Part shown: in pieces, positions 55,361 through 63,706 of the stretch
Position numbering within the stretch: the first letter of the stretch is position 1
Layout: every line of letters starts with the position of its first letter
DNA from: Blastopirellula sp.
Lineage (GTDB): Bacteria > Planctomycetota > Planctomycetia > Pirellulales > Pirellulaceae
NCBI GenBank assembly: GCA_002701545.1
Contig: NZVR01000152.1
Span: 8,790-72,789, forward strand
Direction of reading: 5' to 3'
Length of the DNA: 64,000 nucleotides
Position numbers and translations under genes: made by a program
Notes under the pieces: generated by a model
The model's input: only the letters and a program-made list of their open reading frames with translations
Database searches by the model: none
What the model was told of the DNA's origin: nothing

Positions 55361-55534
55361 TACCGACTCGATAACCGCTTGATACGCGAAGTTGATTGGT
55401 TGCCGTGGGCGGTTGGTTTACGGTGCGCGGTGCTCTGCGTTGCTGAGGGCAGCAAAAAAGAGTGCAGCAAAAACTCTCCGTGTGCTCCGGGATCCGTCCA
55501 CCGCGAGGCGTTACGGTCGTGAGCGACGTTGCCA

Positions 55535-56968
55535 TTAAGCCAGGATCTTGGAAATGACCTGACCGGGTTGGCCGTCGAGTAGAGATTCCTCGCGTCGACT
55601 TCGCTGATAAGTAAGTTGTTCCGGGGCGAGTCCCAAAAGCTTCATCAGCGTTGCGTGATAGTCGTAGTGATTGACAATTTCGTCCACTGCATGATGTCCG
55701 AATTCATCTGTCGCACCATGCACGTGTCCCGCTTTGAAGCCGCCTCCTGCAACCCACATGCTGAAGCCGTAGGTGTTGTGATCGCGTCCCACTTTGTCAC
55801 GCCCGGCGTCATTTTGAATCACCGGCAACCGCCCCATTTCCCCACCCCAGTGTACGATGGTGGACGACAATAGGCCGCGTTGTTTCAAGTCGATCATCAA
55901 GCCGGCAATCGGTTTGTCTGTTTTACGGCAGGACGCGGGCAGCGAGTTCAAGATGCCGCTGTGATGATCCCAGTATTGGTTTTTAGTGAACAGCTGGATG
56001 AATCGTACGCCACGTTCCACCAGTCTCCGAGCGATCAGGCAGCGTTTACCATACTCTTCGGTTTCTTTTTGATCGATTCCGTAGAGCCGGTGGGTGGCAG
56101 CGGTTTCACGCGAGAGATCCAGTGCCTCGGCCGCTGCGGTTTGCATACGTGCTGCGAGTTCGTAGTTGGTGATCCGGGCATCGAATTCGGCCCGGTCAGG
56201 ATGGATCTCGGCGTGTTCACGATTGAGCGATTGTAAAAAATCCAGATAGTTGCGTTGTGCCGTTCCGCGCAGGTGCGTGGGGGCTTCTAGATTCAAAATG
56301 CGAGGTTCGCGAGGACGGATGACGGTTCCTTGATACAGCGAAGGCAGCCAGCCATTGGACCAATTCAGCACGCCCTCGACCGGTAAACCTTTGGGGTCTG
56401 TCATCGCCACGTAGGCCGGCAATTCGTCACTTTCCGAACCGAGGCCATAGGTGATCCAGCTGCCCAAGGCGGGTCGACCCCGTTGGGTGCGTCCCGAGTT
56501 CATGGCGTGAATCGACTGACCGTGGTTGTTGACGCCTGTATGCATGGAACGGATGACGGTGATGTCGTCCACAACCTGGGCGAGATGTGGCAGTAATTCC
56601 GAGACGGGCGTACCAGCCTGACCATGCTTGCGGAATTTCCAGGGGCTCCCCAAGATCTTTTTGCTGGCTCCCCCGACATCGTCGTATTTGATTTTGCCGG
56701 GAAAGTCTTGGCCATCCAGGCGAGTCAATGCGGGTTTGGGATCGAGCAGATCGACCTGGCTTGGACCACCTTGCATGAACAACGAGATCATGGCGGTGGC
56801 CGAGGGAGGCTTGGCTGGTGACTTGGCAGACAGCGTGTGCGTTTGCCGTTCCAGCAACGGTTTGACAGGTTCTGCGCGAACTTGACGTTGCTCCAGCCAG
56901 GAGAGTGCCAACGGAGAAAGGCTGAAAGCACTGGTTTGCAGGAAGTGGCGACGTGTCAGGCAACGCAT
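55535..56968 (-). CDS. DUF1501 protein with Tat signal
   Basis: 'TRRHFLQTSAFS', 'FMQGGPSQVDLLDPKP' and 'GGEMGRLP...GRDHN'. ATG at 56968 lies 8 bp after the upstream stop, and the ORF-track N-terminal extension overlaps that gene. Confidence 0.9.
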   Translation of the reverse strand: MRCLTRRHFLQTSAFSLSPLALSWLEQRQVRAEPVKPLLERQTHTLSAKSPAKPPSATAMISLFMQGGPSQVDLLDPKPALTRLDGQDFPGKIKYDDVGGASKKILGSPWKFRKHGQAGTPVSELLPHLAQVVDDITVIRSMHTGVNNHGQSIHAMNSGRTQRGRPALGSWITYGLGSESDELPAYVAMTDPKGLPVEGVLNWSNGWLPSLYQGTVIRPREPRILNLEAPTHLRGTAQRNYLDFLQSLNREHAEIHPDRAEFDARITNYELAARMQTAAAEALDLSRETAATHRLYGIDQKETEEYGKRCLIARRLVERGVRFIQLFTKNQYWDHHSGILNSLPASCRKTDKPIAGLMIDLKQRGLLSSTIVHWGGEMGRLPVIQNDAGRDKVGRDHNTYGFSMWVAGGGFKAGHVHGATDEFGHHAVDEIVNHYDYHATLMKLLGLAPEQLTYQRSRREESLLDGQPGQVISKILA

Positions 56969-56975
56969 GTCTGGA

Positions 56976-59771
56976 TTACTCGATATACAAAAAGCGGTTG
57001 GTGCCGAAGAGTGCCTGGCAATAAGTCGCCAGCGCTGCGCGATGGGCATCGGAACCAGGTGGTGGATTGTTGGTGAAATTCTCAGTTTGCTGCTGTAGGA
57101 AACGGTGTGCCCGAGTGAGCTGGACCTGATCAGGGGGTTGGCCAAAGACCAGTTCCCAGCCGCGCCGTAATTGCTCGAGTGGCTGATCAGGTTGGTCGTG
57201 CAAGAGTCGTTCCGCCAGGGCTGCTGAAGTATTCAAAATGAAATCACTGTTCATCAGCATCAAGGATTGAGGAGCGACGTTGGACGATGCTCGATCCGTA
57301 CAATGGGGAGCTAATTCGGGTAAGTCAAAACTGGCCAACACGCTGAGCGGTCTGCTGCGTCGCACTTGAATGTAGACACTGCGGCGAAACGCTTCTTCGC
57401 CCAAGGGAATTGGCTTGGTCGGTTTTCGTTCGCCATCGAGATTCTCTTTTCCCAGAACGATCTGGCCGACCGCGTCTTCCATCACAGGGACGGGTTCGCC
57501 GTACATCTTGGTACTCAGTTCGCCCGTGAGTGTCAGGATCGCGTCCCGCACGGTCTCGGATTCGAGGCGACGCAAGGGCCACCGCCCCCAGAGTTGGTTT
57601 TCGGGATCTCGTAGCACCAGATCGGCACTGCCAACAGCCGTTTGTTGATACACCCCGGATGACAGGATGCGGCGGTGCAAGTGTTTACTGCTCCACTGGG
57701 AGTCGACGAGTTCGGTGGCCAGCCAGTCGAGAAGTTGAGGATGTGTGGGACGATCTCCCAGGAAGCCAAAGTCGCCAGTGGTGGCCACAATCCCGCGACC
57801 AAAATGATGGGCCCAGATACGATTGGCCAAGACGCGTGCCACCAAGGGATGCTGACCGCTAGTGAGGTAGCGGGCAAATTGCATGCGTCGACCGCTGGAT
57901 TTCAGTTGTGGGTTATCCGGGATCGCCTGGGCTTGCAAGACACTGAGCCCCTGCGGTCGGACTTCCTCGCGAGGTTGTTGATGATCACCGCGATGAAAGA
58001 CAAAGGTGGCGGGGATCGCTCCGGGGGCTTCGTTCAGGACACGTAGGAAGTGTTCTTGGGGGATCGTATCGCGAATCGCTTGTGCTTCGCTGGCCAGTTT
58101 CTTGAGTTCGTCTTGGATGCGAAACGAACGGATTTCGGCAACGGCCGTTGTGTAACGTGCTAATTCCTCCGCGCCTTTAGGGTCGGTTTGTGCCAAAGAT
58201 TTTTCGTCGAGGATACCCGGGCCGTTCTGATTGGCGTCTGCCAACCATGCAGCTAGTTGGTCTGCACGTCGCTGTTCCAAGTCCTTGGCCCGTGCTTCAC
58301 GTCTGCGCTCGTAGAGGTAGAGTGAGCCTTCCGTGATGTTGGCTACGTTGACATGCGATTCCAACAGTTGTTTTTGCTCGGGGGTACGTTTGGCTGCTGG
58401 GGTCTTGAAGGCGGTACGCAAGGGTTGCTGCAATGACGTGTCCACCATGAGCAATTCATGTTCCAACGTCTTGTCGATGAAGAAGGTGACGCGTTCTTTG
58501 CGTCGCGCATCCACCAGCTTGGCTTGGGATTCAATGTCCGTCCGCTGTTGTTTGTCCTGATCGCTATAGAGCGAGACGAGGCGTTGGGAAGGTGTTTGCC
58601 ATTGTTTCCAATTCAGGGCGGGCTCGAAAATCGCACGCAGTTGGTAATAGTCGCGTTGTGGTATCGGATCATAACGGTGGTCGTGGCATTGCGCGCATTG
58701 CACGGTCAGTCCGAGCACCGCGCCGCTGACAATCTGAAGTGTGTCCGCAATGACTTGATTGCGCGCCACGTTTTGATCGATACCAGACGACGCCGTACCG
58801 TCAGGGGCCATGCGCAAGAACCCCGTCGCGGCCAGAGTTTCGATCGTCTCGGGGCTCAAGTCAGTATGTGGCCAACCCGCTAACTCATCGCCGGCCAGTT
58901 GTTCGAGGAGGAACTGCGAGTAGGGCTTGTCCGCATTGAAGGCGCGAATGACATAGTCGCGATATCGCCAGGCATGTTCCCGAACCCGATCTTCGTCGTT
59001 GTAGCCTTCCGAGTCGGCGTAGCCTGCGACATCCAGCCAATGACGCCCCCAACGTTCCCCATAACGGGGTGACGCCAGTACGCGATCGATCAACCGTTGC
59101 CAGGCATCGGGACGCGGGTCAGCGAGAAAACGTTGGATCGCTTCCGGTGTCGGAGGAATGCCGAGCATGTCGAGAAAAATCCGCCGCACCAAGGTTGGCT
59201 GGTCGGCTCGAGGCGAAAGGCCGACGGGCGTTGCCTCCGAGGGAGCGTCTGGCGTGGAGGCGTTCAATTGGTTCAGGACAAATGCGTCGATTCCTTCGTC
59301 GATGGCGAATGAGGTGCTCGGCAACAGGGGACGCGCCACGGGACGAAAAGACCACCAGTTGCGTTCCTCTTGCGTAAAGTAATTGCCAGCGTCGAGAGAC
59401 TCGGGTTCCGCCTTCTCGGTAGGTGCCCCAGCTTGGATCCAGCGTCGCAGAATCGCTACGGCTTCGGGGGCCAGTTGTTTGTCCTGGTCCGGTGGCATTT
59501 CCCCAGCGGCAACACGTTGCAGTAGCAGACTGTTTTCCGCATCACCCGGTACGATGGCTTGGCCGGATTCTCCGCCTTTCAGGATGAAGCGACGCAGACG
59601 CAAATCTAAGCCGGCTTCTGTCACGCCCCGTTCGCCATGACAATGAAAACAGTGTTCTTTGAGTAGCGGGCGGACGTCTTTTTCGTATTGCAGTTCGGTC
59701 GCGCTGACCGTGACACTGACGGCCGCTGTGAACAGGAACGCGTGAAGGATGAGTAGCCGCATCGGAGCCAT
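56976..59771 (-). CDS. PSCyt/DUF1549/DUF1553 family protein
   Basis: 'CFHCHGERG', 'RWGRHWLDVAGYADSEGY', 'CAQCHDHRYDPIPQRDYYQLRAIF' and 'NRIWAHHFGRGIV'. Start ATG 59771 (MAPMRLLILHAFLF, signal-like). Confidence 0.9.
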   Translation of the reverse strand: MAPMRLLILHAFLFTAAVSVTVSATELQYEKDVRPLLKEHCFHCHGERGVTEAGLDLRLRRFILKGGESGQAIVPGDAENSLLLQRVAAGEMPPDQDKQLAPEAVAILRRWIQAGAPTEKAEPESLDAGNYFTQEERNWWSFRPVARPLLPSTSFAIDEGIDAFVLNQLNASTPDAPSEATPVGLSPRADQPTLVRRIFLDMLGIPPTPEAIQRFLADPRPDAWQRLIDRVLASPRYGERWGRHWLDVAGYADSEGYNDEDRVREHAWRYRDYVIRAFNADKPYSQFLLEQLAGDELAGWPHTDLSPETIETLAATGFLRMAPDGTASSGIDQNVARNQVIADTLQIVSGAVLGLTVQCAQCHDHRYDPIPQRDYYQLRAIFEPALNWKQWQTPSQRLVSLYSDQDKQQRTDIESQAKLVDARRKERVTFFIDKTLEHELLMVDTSLQQPLRTAFKTPAAKRTPEQKQLLESHVNVANITEGSLYLYERRREARAKDLEQRRADQLAAWLADANQNGPGILDEKSLAQTDPKGAEELARYTTAVAEIRSFRIQDELKKLASEAQAIRDTIPQEHFLRVLNEAPGAIPATFVFHRGDHQQPREEVRPQGLSVLQAQAIPDNPQLKSSGRRMQFARYLTSGQHPLVARVLANRIWAHHFGRGIVATTGDFGFLGDRPTHPQLLDWLATELVDSQWSSKHLHRRILSSGVYQQTAVGSADLVLRDPENQLWGRWPLRRLESETVRDAILTLTGELSTKMYGEPVPVMEDAVGQIVLGKENLDGERKPTKPIPLGEEAFRRSVYIQVRRSRPLSVLASFDLPELAPHCTDRASSNVAPQSLMLMNSDFILNTSAALAERLLHDQPDQPLEQLRRGWELVFGQPPDQVQLTRAHRFLQQQTENFTNNPPPGSDAHRAALATYCQALFGTNRFLYIE

Positions 59772-59784
59772 GATCAGTTTGCGC

Positions 59785-61119
59785 TTAAAACAGCTGAGGG
59801 ATCGGACGACCGTCTTCCGGGACGATGGGGATCGGTCGACCTCGTGAGTTAGTCCAGTGAGCATGGAGATCGATTCCCAGATGCTTGAACGTTGTGGCAG
59901 CAAGATCTTGGGGACGCACGGCGTCAGTGTTGATCGCGCCGCCACGCGCATCGGTCGAACCAATGACTTGGCCGTGCTGCAAGCCTCCTCCGGCCATGAG
60001 CATGGACATGACATTGGTCCAGTGGTCGCGTCCTGCATCTTTGTTGATGACCGGCGACCGCCCGAATTCACCCATCATCATGACCAGCGTGCTATCCAGC
60101 AATCCTCGCTGTTCTAAATCCTGAATCAAGGTATGTAGGGTGCGATCGACTCGAGGTAGTAAAGGAGTAAGCCCTTTTTCAATACCGCCCCAGCGGACCT
60201 GATCGCCGTGATGGTCGAAATAGCCCCAGGCTCCACTGACCAAGACAAAGGTGACTCCGGCTTCGACCAGACGCCGTGCCAGGAGCGCTTTTTCACCGAT
60301 GCTTTCCTTGCCATAGGCCTGACGAGTCGCGTCTGATTCTTGCCCCAGGTCAAACGCTTGCTGGACATTTCCAGATCGGACCATCTCGTAGGCTTGTCGG
60401 GTAAAGCGATCAACGCGATCGAGGGTGCGGTTGTTGTCGAGTTGGCGACCAAAGCGGTCGAGCTGCTGTTTCAGGGTGTCGCGGTCTTGTAGCCGAGGAA
60501 CGGTCACTCCGGAAGGCATCGCGAATTTGCCTGCTAACTTGTGGCCTTTCACAGGCGCGTAGCGGCTGCCCATGTCTCCTGCTTCCCAGACGTCGGACGT
60601 CCAGGTATTTGCCAGACCGACGAAAGCTGGCATTTCCTCGCTATTCGATCCGCGGAACTTTGCTGCGATGGAACCCATCGATGGGTACCCGCCACCGTCG
60701 CGGCCATCGTTCGTGCGACGTGCCAGTGGATTGCCCGCTTGCATGGTGATCGGCGTGTGATTGCTGGCGCTACAGTCGACCGAGCGGATGATCGACAGTT
60801 TGTCTGCAATACTCGCTTGTAGAGGGAGATGTTCACCGAACTGAACACCGGGAAGTCGGGTGGGAATCACGCCATAAGGTCCGCGGATTTCACTCGGAGC
60901 ATTTGGCTTCGGGTCCCACATGTCGATGTGACTTGGACCACCAGATAGCCAGAATAAAATCACGGCTCCCCGACCCGAGTTCGCGGGCGCTGCTTGGGCG
61001 CCCAAGTTCATCCAGGGGGCAAGTGAAGCCGTACCCATACCTGCCAGTCCGGCTTGCAACAGCCAGCGCCGTGAACCAACGCGGATAGTCGGCGAACTCG
61101 AAGAGGTTGGAGGGAGCAT
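59785..61119 (-). CDS. DUF1501 protein with Tat signal
   Basis: 'SRRWLLQAGLAGMG', 'FWLSGGPSHIDMWDPKP' and 'MGEFGRSP...GRDHW'. Confidence 0.9.
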   Translation of the reverse strand: MLPPTSSSSPTIRVGSRRWLLQAGLAGMGTASLAPWMNLGAQAAPANSGRGAVILFWLSGGPSHIDMWDPKPNAPSEIRGPYGVIPTRLPGVQFGEHLPLQASIADKLSIIRSVDCSASNHTPITMQAGNPLARRTNDGRDGGGYPSMGSIAAKFRGSNSEEMPAFVGLANTWTSDVWEAGDMGSRYAPVKGHKLAGKFAMPSGVTVPRLQDRDTLKQQLDRFGRQLDNNRTLDRVDRFTRQAYEMVRSGNVQQAFDLGQESDATRQAYGKESIGEKALLARRLVEAGVTFVLVSGAWGYFDHHGDQVRWGGIEKGLTPLLPRVDRTLHTLIQDLEQRGLLDSTLVMMMGEFGRSPVINKDAGRDHWTNVMSMLMAGGGLQHGQVIGSTDARGGAINTDAVRPQDLAATTFKHLGIDLHAHWTNSRGRPIPIVPEDGRPIPQLF

Positions 61120-61330
61120 GCTTGGACCTCATGCTTGTGGTATCAGTCTCATCCAATCAGGCGGGTACGTTAATCTATCAATAATGACCGATGGGAACAA
61201 TCAAAACCAGGAAGTCAGGTGAATCTTGCAAAGATTATGGCGCGAATTGCCCGCATCTCAGGCTGACAGGTGTGTTCACCCATCGTTCCACCTGTCTGAC
61301 GAGGAATGGTCGGTCCGCAAGAGGTGGTCT

Positions 61331-61372
61331 AGAAGAAACGCTCCTGATCTGAGAATTCAGACCAGGAGCGTT
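61331..61372 (-). terminator. Probable intrinsic terminator of rsr
   Basis: On the minus strand, 21 nt after the rsr TAA: AACGCUCCUGGUCUGA-AUUC-UCAGAUCAGGAGCGUU, a 16-position stem with one mismatch and a 4-nt loop. It is followed by UCUUCU. Confidence 0.55.
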
Positions 61373-61393
61373 GGTTGCAACGATCAAGCCGTG

Positions 61394-63034
61394 TTACAGC
61401 TCAATCGACTCGACTTCGCGGACGAACCTTGCGGCATCGTCGCTCAGGTACGAGGCGACGACGTGGAACACCGCGTCACTGAAGCCACCGATGTTCAGGA
61501 TATCGTCACGTTCCGGAGCTTGTGTCGATCCGTACGGCTGGACGTCGATGCAGACCAGCTTTGGCGAGCGTGTCCCCATCCGCTGCTGGTTTGCTACGAA
61601 CGCCTGCCACTCGGTCAGGACGCCCGTTGCACTCCGGCCGCCGTAAGCGAACGGTCGGTCACTGTCGATCCAACTCTCGTTGTCGCTGACCAGCACCACG
61701 CCCGCGAACGTTCGCTTGCGGTACTTGGTGTTTGCCTGATGCAGCGGGGTGGAGCAGTCGGTTCCACCGCCACCGTAAGTCGCCAGCCGTTCCGACAGAC
61801 TCAAGATCGAGTCGGACGGATCGATGCGGACGTCGTACGCTCGCGTGTCAAACGGAATGACCACGCTGTCCGGGTTCTTACGCAAGATCGCCGCGGCGAA
61901 CAGGGCCGCCACGTCGACACAGCGCATCTTGGTCGTGCCACCTCGAGCACCGTAACCCGTAATCGGGCAGCTCATCGAACCGGATGTATCCAGACCGATG
62001 ACCACCGGGCCCGGCAGCTCCGGCACATTGCCGCAGGCGATCTCGGCTGCGCGATGCAGCGCCGTATTGATCTGGTGCGGAAGTTCCGGGGCGGCGTTCA
62101 GGTACGCAGCCAAGAACTGGTACGGGAACTGGCGTGAGCGGCGGATCGCATGTGCATCCGTCAGGCGACTTGCCACGTAACTGACCATCTCCCGCCCTGC
62201 CTTATCGCTCGTCAGCACCTCGTGACGCAGGAGCGTGTTGAGATTCATCCGCAGCGCCTGAGGTCCCATCTGGCGAGCGATTGCCTTCCAGACCAGCGGC
62301 CCCTTGGCAGCGTCAGCCAGCAGATCCCAGCGTACAGACAGGTGACCCGCAATCCGTGCCTGGGCTTGAGCGGTAGTCGCCTGGCGGTACGCGATCAAAC
62401 CCTGGACTTGCGCCGGCAGGTCAGTTGCGTTGGCCGGAGCCCACTTTTCGATCTCCTTGCCCGTTAACCAACCGAACAGCGCACGTCGCGCGTTGTCCCG
62501 CGGGGTTGGTCGAGCCAGCCTGAGGACATCGCGCAGGCTCGGATCGTTACCGATCGAAGCCGACAGCAACTGATTCACGGACGCTTCGTTCAGCCATCGC
62601 TGGAACGCGCGCTGCAGGCTGGACGACAAGCTGGTGCGACCGAACTGTCCTGAGCGGATCATCTGGAACATGGTGCGCAGCACGCGACCGTTATCCACGA
62701 CCCGATCAAACGTCCGGTGCAGTAGCTCGGTGTCACGCTTGGACAGCACGACCAACAGCGCCGCTGGCATGTCCTTCATGTAGGCGCGTTCCCGGGCGTA
62801 GACGGCCAGCTTGGCCAGGAAGACGTTGTCGTCGACCTGATCGATCAGCGTGCGCATTTCGTCTAGCTGGTGTTCGGCACGGGTGTAGTAGGTGCCGTTG
62901 AAGCAGCCGGTGGCAGCCATCTGGGCCAGCGCGTGCTTGGGAGTGAACTTGTACGCCCGACCTCCAGCCTCGTTGACCGTATTGGTCCGCACGAACCGAC
63001 TCTTGATACTGGAAAACAAAGTCTTGTTGGCCAT
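61394..63034 (-). CDS. rsr: Ro60/Rsr orthologue (TROVE domain + C-terminal vWA domain)
   Basis: '[44 protein letters not shown]' is the conserved bacterial Ro60 N-terminus. HEAT-like TROVE repeats follow. The C-terminal vWA has the MIDAS motif '[11 protein letters not shown]'. ATG 63034 is preceded by GAAGGAGG (63039-63046). The ORF-track TTG at 63049 is not needed. Confidence 0.9.
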   Translation of the reverse strand: MANKTLFSSIKSRFVRTNTVNEAGGRAYKFTPKHALAQMAATGCFNGTYYTRAEHQLDEMRTLIDQVDDNVFLAKLAVYARERAYMKDMPAALLVVLSKRDTELLHRTFDRVVDNGRVLRTMFQMIRSGQFGRTSLSSSLQRAFQRWLNEASVNQLLSASIGNDPSLRDVLRLARPTPRDNARRALFGWLTGKEIEKWAPANATDLPAQVQGLIAYRQATTAQAQARIAGHLSVRWDLLADAAKGPLVWKAIARQMGPQALRMNLNTLLRHEVLTSDKAGREMVSYVASRLTDAHAIRRSRQFPYQFLAAYLNAAPELPHQINTALHRAAEIACGNVPELPGPVVIGLDTSGSMSCPITGYGARGGTTKMRCVDVAALFAAAILRKNPDSVVIPFDTRAYDVRIDPSDSILSLSERLATYGGGGTDCSTPLHQANTKYRKRTFAGVVLVSDNESWIDSDRPFAYGGRSATGVLTEWQAFVANQQRMGTRSPKLVCIDVQPYGSTQAPERDDILNIGGFSDAVFHVVASYLSDDAARFVREVESIEL

Positions 63035-63047
63035 CGTGACCTCCTTC

Positions 63048-63120
63048 AAAAATGACCCGACGAAATCTTGGGTGCAGAGACTCGGCTGGTGGTGTTGGAC
63101 TCCGCGCCGGCAGTCGGATC
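63048..63120 (-). ncRNA. Candidate Y-RNA-like unit Y3 (short form, no T-arm), ending in U5 directly before the rsr RBS
   Basis: Closing helix GAUCCGAC (63113-63120) / GUCGGGUC (63054-63061), 8 bp with one G.U. The shared 5' motif UGCCGGCGCGGAGUCCA follows the helix. The 3' side is AUUUUU (63048-63053), abutting GAAGGAGG. Confidence 0.4.
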
Positions 63121-63129
63121 GTGGACGCG

Positions 63130-63277
63130 CACTCGACGAAGTTGTGGGGTAGAGCGAATCCCTGCGAAGCCGCGCACGCGCGGTTCACAGGGTCCGGCCC
63201 CATCGATAGATTTCTCTGAGGGGGCCGGGCGGGAATCGAACCTGCTAAGCCATGGACTCCACTCCGGCAGTCGAGTG
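63130..63277 (-). ncRNA. Candidate Y-RNA-like unit Y2 with a tRNA-like T-arm and loop-closed acceptor-like helix
   Basis: Closing helix CACUCGAC (63270-63277) / GUCGAGUG (63130-63137), perfect 8 bp. D-like arm GCC-GGAGUGGAGUCCAU-GGC. T-arm GCAGG-UUCGAUU-CCCGC (63229-63245, one A.C mismatch). An 8-bp hairpin CCGGCCCC (63221-63228) / GGGGCCGG (63194-63201) follows with a 19-nt loop, then a further stem CCCUG...CAGGG enclosing CCGCG-CGUG-CGCGG. Confidence 0.45.
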
Positions 63278-63319
63278 TGTTTTGTGTGCCGACAGACGCT
63301 GTCTGCCGGAGCGTGTTTT

Positions 63320-63467
63320 AAAAAAATGACCGACGAGGTGTTTGAACCAGAGATTGACGATGCTCTGCCTTTGAGCTACGGCGCTACGTGCTGAAGTCGC
63401 GCCGGTGGGACTCGAACCCACAACCTTCGGGTAATGAACCATGGACTCCACTTCGGCAGTCGGTCAT
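63320..63467 (-). ncRNA. Candidate YrlA-type Y RNA (unit Y1): circularly permuted tRNA mimic with terminal U7
   Basis: Closing helix AUGACCGAC (63459-63467) / GUCGGUCAU (63326-63334), perfect 9 bp, then U-tract to 63320. Inside: T-arm GUGGG-UUCGAGU-CCCAC (63405-63421). Next comes the acceptor-like helix CGGCGC (63399-63404) / GCGCCG (63379-63384), closed by a 14-nt loop. Then U-A plus a canonical D-arm GCUC-AAAGGCA-GAGC (63362-63376). Confidence 0.5.
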
Positions 63468-63475
63468 ATCGGGGT

Positions 63476-63592
63476 GGCGACGAAGTATCGGTCAGATACG
63501 TTTCCATTGCTGCACGGGACTCGAACCCGTCAACCGAGTGCGGTTGCCAGACTCATTGAGCAGAGCCGATGGATTCCGATCCGGTCGTCGCC
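63476..63592 (-). ncRNA. tRNA-like unit Y0 (7-bp acceptor-like helix + ACC, long variable arm, T-arm, extra hairpin)
   Basis: GGCGACG (63586-63592) pairs with CGUCGCC (63476-63482), followed by ACCCC. D-like arm CCG-GAUCGGAAUCCAU-CGG. Stem GGCUC/GAGUC with an 8-nt loop UGCUCAAU. Variable-arm-like hairpin CAACCG-CACU-CGGUUG. T-arm ACGGG-UUCGAGU-CCCGU (63514-63530). A 31-nt insert containing GUAUC-UGACC-GAUAC precedes the 3' acceptor strand. Confidence 0.4.
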
Positions 63593-63617
63593 GTGTTTTT
63601 TCAAGTGTTTCCAAAGG

Positions 63618-63698
63618 CACTCAACGAAGTGGTATCGAGACGGTGCTTATGGCACCAGGTTCACAGCCTGGGATGGAGTCCCGACGGGCAGTTGAGCA
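63618..63698 (-). ncRNA. Candidate Y-RNA-like unit X (short form, no T-arm)
   Basis: Closing helix UGCUCAAC (63691-63698) / GUUGAGUG (63618-63625), 8 bp with two G.U. Shared 5' motif UGCCCGUCGGGACUCCAU. Internal hairpins CCAGG-CUGUGAA-CCUGG and GGUGC-CAUAA-GCACC. Confidence 0.35.
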
Positions 63699-63706
63699 TC
63701 GATGGC

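Noticed and set aside
63320-63467. Y1 as a genuine permuted (split) tRNA gene of the Cyanidioschyzon type
   Set aside because: The would-be anticodon stem formed by the two ends of the tRNA-like part is only about 3 bp, and no 7-nt anticodon loop can be reconstituted. The ends instead continue into a separate 9-bp closing helix.
63439-63467. Resemblance of the junction motif (CGACUG ... GGAGUCCA) to the metazoan Y RNA Ro-binding helix (GGUCCGA / UUGACUA)
   Set aside because: The strand order and bulge position do not match when aligned by hand. Without a structure-aware comparison the similarity could be coincidental, so it is not used as evidence.
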